A stretch of DNA of 64,000 nt from an uncultured Chloroflexia bacterium (GCA_963810095.1 CAWEMM010000012.1:640001-704000); one strand, 5' to 3'. Positions 44,990-56,496 are shown, numbered from the stretch's first letter. Notes: generated by a model from the sequence alone, not told the origin. Numbers and translations: made by a program.

Positions 44990-45982
44990 ACAAGCTGCAA
45001 CGCGCCCTCGATCGTCGCGCTGGTCGCACAGATTGCGCTGATCGCATTCGTCTTCTGGCCCCGCCCCGTGGCGGGCAGCACCGGTGCGCCCCTGCTCGGC
45101 GGGCTCAAGGCGAGCGACATCACGGGCATGACCATCACGGACGACCAGGGCGTGTCGACCCGGCTGGTGAGGCAGGGCGACGGCTGGATCGCCCCGGACG
45201 CGGCGAACTACCCGGCGGACGCGGCCAAAATCAGCCCGGCGCTCGAAAAGCTGGTGGCGATGAAGGCGGGCCAGCCCGTCGCGACGACGGCCGCGAGCCA
45301 CGCGCAGTTGCAGGTGGCCGACAACAAGTTCCTCCGCAAGGTCGACCTCGCGAAGGCGGACGGCTCGACTGTGACGCTGTACCTCGGCTCGGCAGCGGGG
45401 GGCGGCCAGTCGGTGCATACCCGGCTGGGCGGCAAAAACGAGGTTTACCTGACGCAGGGTCCGGCCACCTGGGAGACGAATGCGGACCTCCTGTCCTGGA
45501 TCAACCCGGTCTACCTGAGCGTCAACGCGGCCGACGTGACCACGTTGAGGCTGAAGAACAAGAACGGCGAGTTCACGCTGACGAAGGACGCTCAGGGCCA
45601 GTGGCAGCTGGCCGGGCTGGCCGGCGGCGAGACGCTCGACGCGAACAAGGCCGCCGGTCTCGTCAATGCGGCCACTTCGATCCGCATGACTGCGCCGCTC
45701 GGCAAGACGGAGGACCCGGCGTGGGGTCTGCAGCAGCCGAGCGCGGTCATTACGCTGCAGGTGAAGACCGGCGACCAGGTCAAGCCGGTCACGTTGACCA
45801 TCGGGAGCCTGGATGAGAATGCCAAATCTTACGTGGTCAAGTCCTCGGAGTCCGACTACTTCGTCCGGGTGGGCGACTTCAGCGTGCAGGACCTGGTGTC
45901 GGCCGACAAGGCGGCCTTCCTGACGGCCACGCCGGCGCCTGCCGTCTTGCCGGCCCCGTCGGGCGCGACGCCCACGCCTTAG
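44986..45982 (+). CDS. DUF4340 protein (frameshift near 45010)
   Basis: Follows the GldG-like gene; N-terminal TM; YPAD, LYLG, WGL..P motifs. Confidence 0.75.
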
Positions 45983-45995
45983 CCCATTTCTTCAA

Positions 45996-46077
45996 CACAA
46001 AGACACGAAGACACAAAGTTTGCAGGCCTTCTCGAGGTATCCACCTTCGTGCGCCGTTGTGTCTTCGTGTCTTTGTG
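45996..46077. repeat. Family B palindromic repeat
   Basis: Perfect 21-bp inverted repeat cacaaagacacgaagacacaa / ttgtgtcttcgtgtctttgtg with 8-nt periodicity. Confidence 0.85.
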
Positions 46078-46220
46078 GCAAATGAGTCCTCGCATTAAAA
46101 GCATTCACCCGCACTCCCTCGCGCTTTCATGCGTTGTTCATATTGCAGGGTTACCCTACGCTTGACCTACAAGGCGCTGTCCTCGGTTAGGGTGCCCACT
46201 TCACGTTCGGAGTTCTCCCG

Positions 46221-47947
46221 ATGAAAGCACGAAACGCTCACAGGCGGAGTTTCGCCGTCCTGCTTCTCGTCGTGGTCTTGATCGCCACGCTCGCTGTCGT
46301 CCTGGGTAGCCCCGCCGGCTCGCCCGCCAGCGCGGCGCGCGCCGCTGGGACCCGCTGCGCCCCTGGTGTCATCCAACGGTTGGACACAGGTCTTCTCCGT
46401 GCCGCCCTACCCCAACGGCGCGGAGTTTCACTTCTACGGCATGACGTTCTCGAGCCGCACCACCGGCTTTGCCTACGGCGGCGACACGTGGGACCCTCAG
46501 ACTAATCCGGGCCGGGTGTATCGCACGAAGGACGGCGGCGCGACGTGGGAATTGGTGCTGCAGAACAACGGCTGGAAGATCGGCATGGCGTGTACCGACG
46601 AGCTGCACTGCTGGGTCGGCGGGCGCTACGGGCAGATCTACTACACCAACGATGCCGGCGATCACTGGCTGAGCGCAAGCGAGTACACGTGGCAAGGAAT
46701 TGACGATTATCCGACGCCTCCCGTCCAGACCCCGGTTCCGTTTGCCAAGTGGATCCGCTCGGCGGGTGTGGCTCCGAACGGCAACCCGGTCGTTTTTGGC
46801 GCAACCGACAACACCATTCTGCACTCGAAGGACGGCGTCAACTTCTACAACTACTGGCCCATGTTGGGCTGGTGGTCGGCCACCTGGTCGGTAGCCTGCC
46901 CCACGAGCACCATCTGCTATGGCGGCCAGATCAACCGCTTCATCGTGAAGTCGACGGACGGCGGCGATACCTGGACCATGCCGGCCTACGCCAGCGACGC
47001 GACGCACCAACTGCCTGGCGGACAAATATCCGAATCCCGATCCGGACCTCCAGGGCGGTATTCAGCGCCGGTACTACGGGTTGGCGTTCCTCGACGAGAA
47101 TTACGGGTGGGCCGTGGGCAGCTGCGGGATGATTTTCCGTACCCGTAACGGTGCGGCCAGCCGCTGGGAGCGGCAGATGCCCACCCTGTCAGAGGAAGTT
47201 CAGCTGCGCCGTGTCGAGGCGTTCAGCACCAAGAGCGCGATCACGGTGGGCGGTCAGAATCCGAACCCGGCCGAGCCAAGTGAGGCGCAAAATGCGCTCA
47301 TCTTTCGCACGACGGACGGCGTGAACTGGAGCCCTGTAACTGCGCCCGACACGAGCGAGTTGCACGGCTTGGCCGCGTTCGCGGATGCAACGTTCGTGGC
47401 CGACTGGTCGGGCAAGGTGTGGCGCTGGGACGGCGAGCTCGTGCCCGTTCCACAAGCCACCAATACCCCGACAGCCACGCCGACGGAGACCCAGACGCCG
47501 ACTCCGACTGCCAGCGCGACACCCACCGAGACGCCCGCCGTCACGCCAACCGCCACCTCAACCGAGATTCCGACCACGGGCAGCATCGAGGCGTTCGCGT
47601 TCTATGATGCGAATCTGAACAACAAGCCCGACCAGGGCGAGGCCCCACTGCCTGGCGTCGGCTTCACGCTTTCGACCGATGAGGTCACCGTCGCGACCGG
47701 TGTAACTGGGGTAGACGGCCGCTATGTGTTCGTCAACCTGCAGCCCGGCTCATACGAGGTCGCTGAGACCACGCCACCGCAGGGCTACACGCCCGTGCGG
47801 GTCACCCTCCTCGTCGCGGTCGCGGCAGGTTCGGGACCGGTCTTGCCTTTCGCACATACCATGAGCACGGTGACGCCCTACCCGAGCGCCACGCCGACGG
47901 GCGCCGCGCTCCCCATGCGGACGTGGCTCCCGATGCTGGTGCGCTGA
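46221..47947 (+). CDS. Secreted Ycf48/BNR beta-propeller protein with SdrD-B-like domain (frameshifts near 46365 and 47010-47080)
   Basis: T.DGG.TW repeats; PT linker; FYDANLNNKPDQGEAPLPGV...GRYVF.NL.PGSY; C-terminus WLPMLVR. Confidence 0.75.
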
Positions 47948-48194
47948 CAGGGACGAATGAACCACAAAGGCACCAAGACACCAAGAATCTATCCGAAAAC
48001 TCGCCGGCGCAGCAGCCCGGCCAGCGCACTTTCGGATGGATCCTGAGGGCCCCCGCGTGGCTCTGCGCCCGGCTGGTTAGCGTCCCCGCGGGCAGAACCT
48101 GATTATCGTCATTTTCCCGTAGGGCAACTCGTGCTAAACTCACTTTGTTTGGCGTCGAAGCGGCGCCTGAGCACCCCTGCCATATTCGGAGGAA

Positions 48195-48398
48195 ATGATG
48201 TACGTTGTGACTGTTGATGTCGCCAAGTGCGAAGCCTGCGGCGACTGCATTGATGCATGCCCGTCGGAGCTCATGGCCCTGGTCGAGGAAGAAGGCAAGA
48301 AGTATGCCATGTTCAAGGGCGACCCCGACGACTGCATCGCCTGCTATTCGTGCGAGTCGACCTGTAACGAAGGCGCAGTGACTGTCACCGAGGTCTGA
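48195..48398 (+). CDS. 2x[4Fe-4S] ferredoxin
   Basis: CEACGDCIDACP and CIACYSCESTC; GGAGG RBS. Confidence 0.92.
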   Translation: MMYVVTVDVAKCEACGDCIDACPSELMALVEEEGKKYAMFKGDPDDCIACYSCESTCNEGAVTVTEV

Positions 48399-48481
48399 TC
48401 GGGCTGACCGGTCGCTTTTCGTGTAATGCAAAATGCGGGCTTGCGCCCGCATTTTGCGTTACAAGCAGCCGTTGCCCCGGC

Positions 48482-49963
48482 CTACGCGGCCAGCGCGGGC
48501 GCAGCCGCACCCGACGACTCGGGCGCCCGCACCCCGCGCAAGGCCAGCACCGACACCAGGAACATCACGCCGAAGATCCCAAACAGCAGGACGTAACCGG
48601 CGCCGGGCACGCCCGGCAGCCGCAGCGTCACGTAATCGGCAATGGGGCCGCCGATGTACGCGCCGACCGCGCCCGCACCCGCACCCGCCAGGTTCGAAAT
48701 CCCCAGGTACTTCCCTGCCTCCGCACCGGGCACGATCCGGGTGCCCAGCGCCCAGTTGGCCGTGAAGAAGAACCCCGTCGCAATGCCGATCAACGTGCCG
48801 CCGATGTAGATCACCGTCATGTTGGGCGCGAGCAGGGCAATGAGCACCCCGAGCGCAGCGACGACCCCGCTGATCTGGAGCAGCCGCTTGTGCCCGAAGC
48901 GGTCGCCCAGGAACCCGCTCGGGATGGCCGCGATGAGGATGAAGACGCCGATTACCGTCATCAGCAGGGCCGCCGGCCCCGCCGCCTTCTCCCGCTCGAG
49001 CCCCAGCCGGCCCTGCAGGAAATAGATCGCAAAGGTCGACAGGTTGGTTGTGCCGACCAGGAACGCCAGGCGGCTGACGACCCACCAGGTGAACGACGGG
49101 TTGGCCTGCGCGGCCCGGTTGCCGATGCTGATGCGCACGCTGACCCAAACGCCGATGGCGACCGCGACCAGCATGGCCGCGATCCCGATCAGTCCCATCA
49201 GCGGCATGAGTGTTAGCGCCGAGTCGAGCGAGCCGAACGGGCCTGCCAGTTGCTTCACGGCCCAACCCAGGCCGAGGATGATGGCGGTGAAGACGGCCGT
49301 CATCGCCAGCAGCCGCAGGATCGAGCTCCAGTCAAACGGAGGCGCGTCTTCGCGGCTCAGCGGCCGCTCTTGCACCAGCATGGTCAGGAGCATGGAGACG
49401 AGCAGGATCACCGCTGCCAGCCCCAGCGCGGCCCACAGGTTGCCCCCGGCAATCAGGCGTGCGATGGTAAATGAGACCAGGATCAGGGGGATCGGGATTT
49501 CAAGCACCGCTTTGATGGCCGAGGCCCGCCCGCGCTTCTCGTCGGGCACAATGTCGGGGATGAGGCCCTGCTGTGCGCCGTGCGCGGTGTTGGCGGCGAC
49601 CGACTGCAGGATAGCGATGACGAAGAGGAACCAGAAGCCCGCCATCCCGAGCATCCCCGCCGAGACGCCGGTCAGGCCGATGAAGACGAGCATCCCCAGC
49701 GTCCCCACGAAGATGAAAGGCCGTCGCCGGCCGATCGGGGAGGTGTTCCGGTCGGAGAGCATGCCCATGACCGCCTGCCACAGCAGCGCGACCATGAGGC
49801 TCCACAGCCGCAGCTCGCCCAGGCGGGTGCCCTTGGTCGCTTCACCCACGAAGTTCTGCACCAGCAGGGGGAACACGAGACCGTTGGTCTGCGAAAGGGT
49901 CGTGAGCGCGAGGAAGAAGATGTTGATGGTGATGTAGTCGTACCAGCGCAAACGCCGCGTCAT
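48482..49963 (-). CDS. MFS transporter (GPH/SLC45-like)
   Basis: GMLSDRNTSPIGRRRPFI, LIPDIVP, GFLGDRFGHK. Confidence 0.88.
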   Translation of the reverse strand: MTRRLRWYDYITINIFFLALTTLSQTNGLVFPLLVQNFVGEATKGTRLGELRLWSLMVALLWQAVMGMLSDRNTSPIGRRRPFIFVGTLGMLVFIGLTGVSAGMLGMAGFWFLFVIAILQSVAANTAHGAQQGLIPDIVPDEKRGRASAIKAVLEIPIPLILVSFTIARLIAGGNLWAALGLAAVILLVSMLLTMLVQERPLSREDAPPFDWSSILRLLAMTAVFTAIILGLGWAVKQLAGPFGSLDSALTLMPLMGLIGIAAMLVAVAIGVWVSVRISIGNRAAQANPSFTWWVVSRLAFLVGTTNLSTFAIYFLQGRLGLEREKAAGPAALLMTVIGVFILIAAIPSGFLGDRFGHKRLLQISGVVAALGVLIALLAPNMTVIYIGGTLIGIATGFFFTANWALGTRIVPGAEAGKYLGISNLAGAGAGAVGAYIGGPIADYVTLRLPGVPGAGYVLLFGIFGVMFLVSVLALRGVRAPESSGAAAPALAA

Positions 49964-50010
49964 GGGGCCTCCTTGGCTCGAGGAGTCGGGGGGAGGGCGG
50001 ACGGGGAACG

Positions 50011-50241
50011 CTATCCCCCTCCCATCGGTGGGTAGAATTCTATCACATCCCGGTCTGTCACCGGGGGGTGATCCCACTGCGCCAGCCGGCGGTTGACCGC
50101 AATCACGGCCACTTCGGCGGGGGGCACGCCCAGTCGGGCCGCGAGGTCGCCCAGGGAGACGGGTTGCGGCTGAGCCAACTCCAGCCAGTCCCGCTTCTCC
50201 CTGTCATACCAGCTCAGGTGTCCACCCAGATGTACGCGCAT
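50011..50241 (-). CDS. moaD: MoaD/ThiS sulfur carrier
   Basis: 76 aa ubiquitin-like protein ending PPMGGG; directly after aor. Confidence 0.85.
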   Translation of the reverse strand: MRVHLGGHLSWYDREKRDWLELAQPQPVSLGDLAARLGVPPAEVAVIAVNRRLAQWDHPPVTDRDVIEFYPPMGGG

Positions 50242-50247
50242 GGATGA

Positions 50248-50342
50248 GAATGGGACGCAGATTGAACTGATCGAACTGATTTTGCCGATTTTTTAGTCGA
50301 ATCATGGGGATCAGTTGAATCAGTCTAATCAGCGTCCTATTC
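50248..50342. repeat. Family A palindromic repeat, copy 5
   Basis: gaatgggacgcagattgaactgatcgaactgat...atcagttgaatcagtctaatcagcgtcctattc; overlaps the aor stop codon. Confidence 0.88.
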
Positions 50343-52267
50343 AGTGCCTCCCGTGGCAAGCTTCTCTGCAGCCCAGCCGATGCCGAGCGCTTCCAGCCGT
50401 TCGCGTGTGGGAATGCCGGTCTCCGTGTCCCAGCCCTTGATTTCATACAGGTCGGTCAGCGCGCGCTCGAAGTCTTCGCGGGGGTATGCGACGCCGGCCA
50501 GCGCGCCCCCTTCCAGCGGCTGGAACAGCCGCTCGGGCAGCGTGTCGTCCTGCCGGGTGCGCCCCTCCCGGGCATTGAACACCCGGGCGAGGTTATTGGC
50601 GCGCTCGCCGATCCGCATCAGCTCGTCCAGCGTGACATCCCAGCCCGGTGGCCGCATGCACCGTCTCCACCACGTCGGGAATCGCGATGAACGAGCGCGG
50701 CGCGGGCCCGAAGTAGCACAGCCCGCTCGTCTTGCCCCAGTTGTTCCAGTGCTCCATCAGCGTGTAGTACTCGACCTTGCGCCGGCTGAGGTCGCGCGGG
50801 GCCAGCGGCTCGGTCACGCCCAGCGGCTCGACGCCCTTGAACTGGAGGGAGTCCGGGTTGGCCAGCACGGGGTCGTGGAATGCCGTCAGGTGCTCGGCGC
50901 CGGTCTCGGAGGTGGCATATGACAAGCCCACGCCCACCTTGCCGCGCGGCTCGTGCATGGCCAGCTCCTGCCCCTTCACCTGCATGGCAAAGAGCGGTGC
51001 GTCGCCCCCGATCGCTTCCGCGGCCCGCTTGCTCCCTTCGGCCAGCAGGTTGCCGATGCCCTCCCGGCGCCCGATCAGCTCCACGCAGCGGACCATGGCC
51101 GGGGCGTTTCCGAAGCGGAGGTCGAGGCCGCCCGTGTCCTCCAGCCCAATCAGCCCGTGCTCGAAGCATTCCATGGCGAATGCGACGGTGGCGCTGCACG
51201 AAATCGCGTCCATCGTGAAGCGGTTGCACAGCTCGTTGGCCTTCGCCACGGCCTGCAGGTCGTCGATGCCGCAGTTGGAGCCGAAGCCGGCGACCGCCTC
51301 GTACTCGGGCCCGCCGTAGTTGTCGCTCACCTGGTACGCGGTCGCCGGCTGCGCCGCCGACCTTCACTTCGCGCTTGCAGCGCACCGCGCACGCGTAGCA
51401 GCTGCGCCGGGCGCTCAGGATCTCCTTCTCGTAGGCTTCCCAGCGCAGGTTGTCGACGCCCTCGAACCCGCCGCTGCGGAAGTTGCGGGTGGGCAGGATG
51501 CCCCCGGCGTTCAGCCCCCCGGTGAGCCCCGGCGTGCCCTTCACCTGCAGGTCCCAGCTCAGCGGGTTCTCTTTGACCTCTTTGGCAAGCTTCTTGCCGA
51601 AGTTCGCGATCCACGGCCCATCTTCCGCCATGTCGACGTAGCGCGTGCTGCCGCGCACGGCGACGGCCTTCAGGTTCTTCGACCCCATGACCGCGCCCAT
51701 GCCCGTGCGCCCGTTGAAATGGCGCAGGTCGTTCGTGATCGCTGCGAACCGCACGCCCTTTTCGCCGGCCTCGCCGATCTGCAGCACGCGGACCAGCTTA
51801 TCGCCCAGCTCGCCGCGGATGGTCGCCTGGGCTTCCTCCGGCTCGCGGCCCCACAGGTGCTCGGCCGGGCGCAGCTCGACCTGGTCGTCCTTGATCCACA
51901 GGTACACCGGTCGCTCGGCCCGCCCCGTGATGACCACGGCCTCCCAGCCGGCCATCTTGAGCTCGGGGCCCCAGAACCCCCCGGCCTCCGACTCGCCGTA
52001 GCCGTCCGTCAGCGGCGACTTCCCGATGGCCGTGAAGCGGGTGGCGGTGGAAAAAGGCGCGGCGGTCAGCAGTCCGTTTGCCAGGATCAGGATGTTCTCG
52101 GGGCCCAGCGGGTCGACATGTGCGGGCAGTTCTGATAGGAGCAGGTAGGCGCCGAGCGCTTTGCCGCCCGGGTACATGCGATAAGTCTTTTCGTCGAGGG
52201 TCTGCGTAGCGATTGAGCCGCTCGCCAGGTCGACGCGTAGGATTTTTCCGGTGTAGCCAAATGGCAT
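50337..52267 (-). CDS. aor: W/Mo aldehyde:ferredoxin oxidoreductase (frameshifts near 51340 and 50655)
   Basis: GYTGKILRVDL, KSPLT, GRTGMGAVMGSKNLKAV, CYACAVRC, GPEYE, VKGQELAMHEPR, DDTLPERL. Confidence 0.93.
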
Positions 52268-52281
52268 GATTGAGCCTCGGT

Positions 52282-53080
52282 TTATGAATGGTGCGGGTCG
52301 CCGGCGACGGGCTGCCCGAACTGGCGCGCGAGGAACCGGCGGGTGGCTTCGAAAAGCTCCCCGCGTTCGCAGTCGAGCGCCACGCAGTGCGTGGACCGGT
52401 CGAGCCAGAGCAGTTCCTTATCGGTCGAGCCGACCCGGTCGTAAATCTCCTGCGGCGCGGCCGGGTCGACCGTGCGGTCCAGCCGGCCGTGGACGATGAG
52501 GATCGGCTGGCGGATCTCGGGCAGCAGCGGGCGCACGGCAGCCTGCAGGCGCAGCAGTTCCCGGATGCCCCGTGCCGGCCGCACGTCGTATCCTTGCCAA
52601 AGCGCATCGGACTCGGCGGGCGCGCCGGGCTTCGGATGCACCATCACGTCGAAGGGCGCGAGCGCATACGCGGCCCGTTCCTGGAATGAGCTGATGGCGA
52701 GCTTGAGCGCGGGCGCGTACGAGAGCACCGCCGCAATCTCCGGGTGGGTCGCCGCCAGGTGCAGCGTCAATGCCGCGCCCGTCGACTCGCCGCCAACCGC
52801 AACCCGGCCGCAGCGGGTCTTCAGTGCCACGTACGACGGCTGTGACGGCCCGCAGCCAATCGCGCCAGCCGTAGTGCCCGAGGTCTTCCGGCTCCGTGCC
52901 GTGCCCGGGCAGCAGGGGCGCAGAGACGGTGTAGCCCGCCGCGTGCAGGTTTTCCGCCAGCGGCCGCATCTCCGCAGTCGTCGCGGTCAGCCCGTGCACG
53001 AGCAGCACGCCGTCCGGCCCCCCGTCCAGGCAGAAGGCGTCGCCGGGCAGGTGGTCGTTGACAAGAAGTCTCTTCGACAT
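52282..53080 (-). CDS. Alpha/beta hydrolase, carboxylesterase/monoacylglycerol-lipase-like (frameshift near 52835)
   Basis: LLVHGLTAT, LPGHGT, nucleophile elbow GESTG, HGRLDRTV, STH. Confidence 0.85.
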
Positions 53081-53091
53081 GCAGGATCCTT

Positions 53092-53162
53092 ACCACTAAG
53101 ACACAAAGAACCGAAGACGCACGAAGTGATTGTGCAACTTCGTGTCTTGGTGTCTTTGTGGT
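53092..53162. repeat. Family B palindromic repeat
   Basis: accactaagacacaaaga...tcttggtgtctttgtggt. Confidence 0.8.
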
Positions 53163-53174
53163 TAGTCGGACGAC

Positions 53175-54092
53175 TTATGGCAGCCACTTCTTTGCCAGCC
53201 GGCATACCATCGTGTAGGCCGGGTCGTAGACGTTGCCCAGGTCGTAGTCCACGCACTGGCCCAGGAGGATGCTCGCCTCCTGCATGGTGAGGCCGTAGTC
53301 GGCGGTCAGCCAGCGGAGCATTTCGGTCGTGGCGTGCTGCAGGGCCTGGTCGAGCGGCCGGGCGTTGCCAACCGTGAAGATGTGCTCCGCATTCTCGCCC
53401 CTGGGCCACCGAACCGGCGCGTGCGCCTCCTGGCCCTTGATCACCCGGAGGCGGAACTCGACCTCGAACGAAATCTCGATCCCCGTTCCCACCACCTCGC
53501 CGTCGCCCTGCACCGCGTGCCCGTCGCCGATGAAGAAAAGCGCGCCCGGCACCGCAACGGGGAAGTATGCGGTCACGCCCGCACAGAAGCCCCGGTAGTC
53601 CATGTTGCCGCCGTGCGGTCCGGCCGTGGACGTGGAGATGGCCTGGCCGCCGGCGGGCGCGACGCCGAAGCAGCCCACCATCGGCGCAAGCGGCAGGGCC
53701 AGCCGGCCGAGCTTGGGGAACGGCTCCTGCGGCGTGGCACAGCCGGCCGCTGCGTCGACGTCCCAGATCAGCGTTTCGGCCTCGGGCAGCGAGGCGACAA
53801 AGCTCGGATCGACCACGCCGGGCGCGACGACGTCACGGGTGAAGCCGGTCGGCCGGTTGGGCGCCAGGCGGATGAGATCGACGGCCAGGGTATCGCCGGG
53901 CTCGGCCGGCTCGACATAAAAGGGACCCGTCTGCGCGTTCGGGCGGCCGCCAGCAAGCTGGCCGTGGTGGTCCCAGCCGTGCGCGTCGATGGTCGTGGTC
54001 ACGACCGTATCGCCGTCGGCGACCGTGAGAACGGGCGGATGCGAGCCGAGCGTGTTGTAATAGCGGGTTGGTGCGAAGTGATGAGTCGTCAT
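53175..54092 (-). CDS. Acetamidase/formamidase family protein
   Basis: TGPFYV..AEPGD, HGGNMD, GDGHAVQGDGEV.GTGIE. Confidence 0.9.
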   Translation of the reverse strand: MTTHHFAPTRYYNTLGSHPPVLTVADGDTVVTTTIDAHGWDHHGQLAGGRPNAQTGPFYVEPAEPGDTLAVDLIRLAPNRPTGFTRDVVAPGVVDPSFVASLPEAETLIWDVDAAAGCATPQEPFPKLGRLALPLAPMVGCFGVAPAGGQAISTSTAGPHGGNMDYRGFCAGVTAYFPVAVPGALFFIGDGHAVQGDGEVVGTGIEISFEVEFRLRVIKGQEAHAPVRWPRGENAEHIFTVGNARPLDQALQHATTEMLRWLTADYGLTMQEASILLGQCVDYDLGNVYDPAYTMVCRLAKKWLP

Positions 54093-54096
54093 AACA

Positions 54097-55379
54097 CTAG
54101 CGTAACACCGGGATTGTGGCGTTGGCAAATGGCATGACGCCAATGCGCGCGCCGGATGGCAGGCGGGCCAGCGCCTCGTCCACGGCCTGCTGGAGCGAAG
54201 GGGCGGGGTTCAGCAGCAGGCGCTCGGCCAGGCTGCGGTCCATGTCTGACACGAACGTAAGGCGGACGCGGGCCGCGTCGCGTGCGATCTGCCACGCCTT
54301 GTGCGGGCCGATCCGGTAACCCTCCGCCGCATAGCGGTCGAGCACCTGCTCGTGCGTCGTGAAGCCGCCGTCGAGCATCCAGCGCTCGTAGGCTGCGCTG
54401 CCCGTGCCTTCCCCGCAGGCCGCGGCCAGGATCACTGCGCCGCTCAGAGCGGGAACCAGCCGGGTCACCAGGGTGGCGTGCGCGAGGGCCTTTTGCGCCT
54501 GGTACAGGTTGATGTCCTTCGGATGGCCGCCGGGCGACACGATGACCAGGTCGAACGGGCGGCTGACTTCCACCGCGTAGATGGCGCGCAGCAGGGGGAT
54601 GCCCGCCTGCATCACGTCGACCGGGCGCCCGGCCAGGACGTGCGCGATCTGCTTGTGGTCATTCAGGATCGCGTTGAGCGCGTAGTCCACCCCGATCAGC
54701 CGCCCGATCTCTTCGACATCCTGCCGGCAGGGGTTGTCCGCGTAGGAGTTGATCTCGGCGCCGGCCGCGGTCATCATGGCATGGTTCGTGTTGATGGTGG
54801 CCTTCGCCGTCAGGCCCACCGCCGCGCTCTTGACCCCGCCCGAGAAGCCCATGAACTGGTGCGGCTCGATGTTCCCCACGACCACCCGCAGGTCCGCCTC
54901 CCACCAGCGCCGGTTGACGCTGACGGGCGTGCCGCGGGCCGTCTCGCCGAGGTAGATCAGCTCGCCGTCCGCATTGCAGTCGTGGCTGTACACGGGGTAG
55001 CGGGCGAGGATCTCGGCCGGCAGGATGGCCGGGAATTCCTCGGGCGGCATGGGGGCGTGGGTGCCGGTCGCCACCAGCAGCGTGATGTTCTCGGGGAGGA
55101 ACCCGAGCCCTTCGAGCCGGGCGAGCAAGGGCGGCAGAAGGTAGCGGTGGGGGACGGGCCGGGTCTTGTCGTTAACCGCGACGACAGCCCTCCGCCCTCG
55201 GTTCGTGGGCAGGGGCGCGGCGTCCAGGGCCGCCTCGACTGCCGCCAACGGATCGGGCGAGGGCGCGGCCTCGCGGGGCGCGAGCAACTCCACCCGGCGT
55301 CCAGCGCGGCGGGCAGGTCGAACTCGACAAATCCTTTCCCGTAGGGAAGCTGGTAGCGGGTCAACGGCGCCTCATGCAA
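54097..55379 (-). CDS. larA: LarA-family nickel-pincer-nucleotide hydroxyacid racemase (frameshift near 55295)
   Basis: LPYG, NDKTRP, ATGTH, IEPHQFMGFSGGVKS, NH, GGHPKDINLYQAQKA. Confidence 0.88.
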
Positions 55380-56485
55380 ACAGCCGGATCAGCAGCAGGC
55401 TAAACAGCGCCAGGCAGCCGCCCACGGCAAAGCCGAGCGCGAGCGGCTTGAGCCCGGTGCGCCGGATGCTCGCGGCGTTGGTGCTCAGCCCGATGGCCGA
55501 GAGGGCGAGCAGGATGCAGAGCTTCGTCACCTCGTCCAGCAGCTTCAGCACGTTGGCGGCGGCTACCAGGCTGCCCGGGTCGTTCACGTTGACCGGTGTG
55601 AAGCCGAGCGCGTTGCCGAGCGACCGGACCAGGCTCATGCCGACGAAGCCGAGCACGAACCAAGGCACGATCTTGCCGATCGACAGCTTGACCGACGCAT
55701 CCCGCTTCTGCTGCGCCCGGGCGTACACCAGCCCGATGCCGAGGATCAGCGGGGCCATGAGCGTGTTGCGCACGAGCTTGACCACCGTCGCAACGTCGCG
55801 TGCCGCGTCGCTGAACGCCGCGCCCGCGGCCACCACCTGCGACGTGTCGAGGATCGCAGTGCCGGCCCACAGCCCGAAGATCCGGTCGCTCATGCCCACC
55901 AGGTAGCCGAACGTGGGGTAGAGCAGCACGGCCAGCGTGCCGAAGAAGGTGATGGTGGCGACCGCATAACTCACATCCTCGTCCTCGGCCTCGATGACCG
56001 GGGCCGTCGCAATGATGGCGGAGTTGCCGCAGATGGCGGTGCCGACGCCGATCAGCGCGGCCAAGCCGGGGGCGGATACGGAGGGCGCGCCCCAGCAGGT
56101 AGGCGAGCGACAGGGCAAAAGCCACGCACGCGAGCACCAGCAGCAGCGCAGACCCGCCGATGTTGATCACGTCCTGGAAGCTGAGCCGCACGCCCAGCAG
56201 GATAATGCCAAAGCGCAGGATGCGGGTCAGAGCGAACTTGATGCCCGGCTCGAAGCGGGCGGAAAACCCGATCGCGTTGCGGACGAAGAACCCGAGCAGC
56301 ACCGCGATGAAGACTTCGCTCACCGCCCGAGCGATCTCGGGCGAGGGGATCAGCCCGTGCAGGTAGCGCGCGATGAGCGCCACGGCCAGCACCAGGAACA
56401 GGCCCGGCAGGGCAGGGCGCAGCTCCGCGCCGATCTTGCGGAGCTCGGCAACAAGTGGATTGACGTGCGTTGTAGGGGCGATCAT
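55372..56485 (-). CDS. YeiH / putative sulfate(sulfite) exporter family protein (frameshift near 56075)
   Basis: LRFGIILLG, GTAICGNSAI, GTAILDTSQVVAAG, KLVRN, PWFVLGF. Confidence 0.88.
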
Positions 56486-56496
56486 GGCAGCTTCCC

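Noticed and set aside
41129-45982. Gliding motility machinery
   Set aside because: GldA/F/G-like ABC systems with DUF4340 are widespread in non-gliding bacteria, and no T9SS or gld motor genes are in the window.
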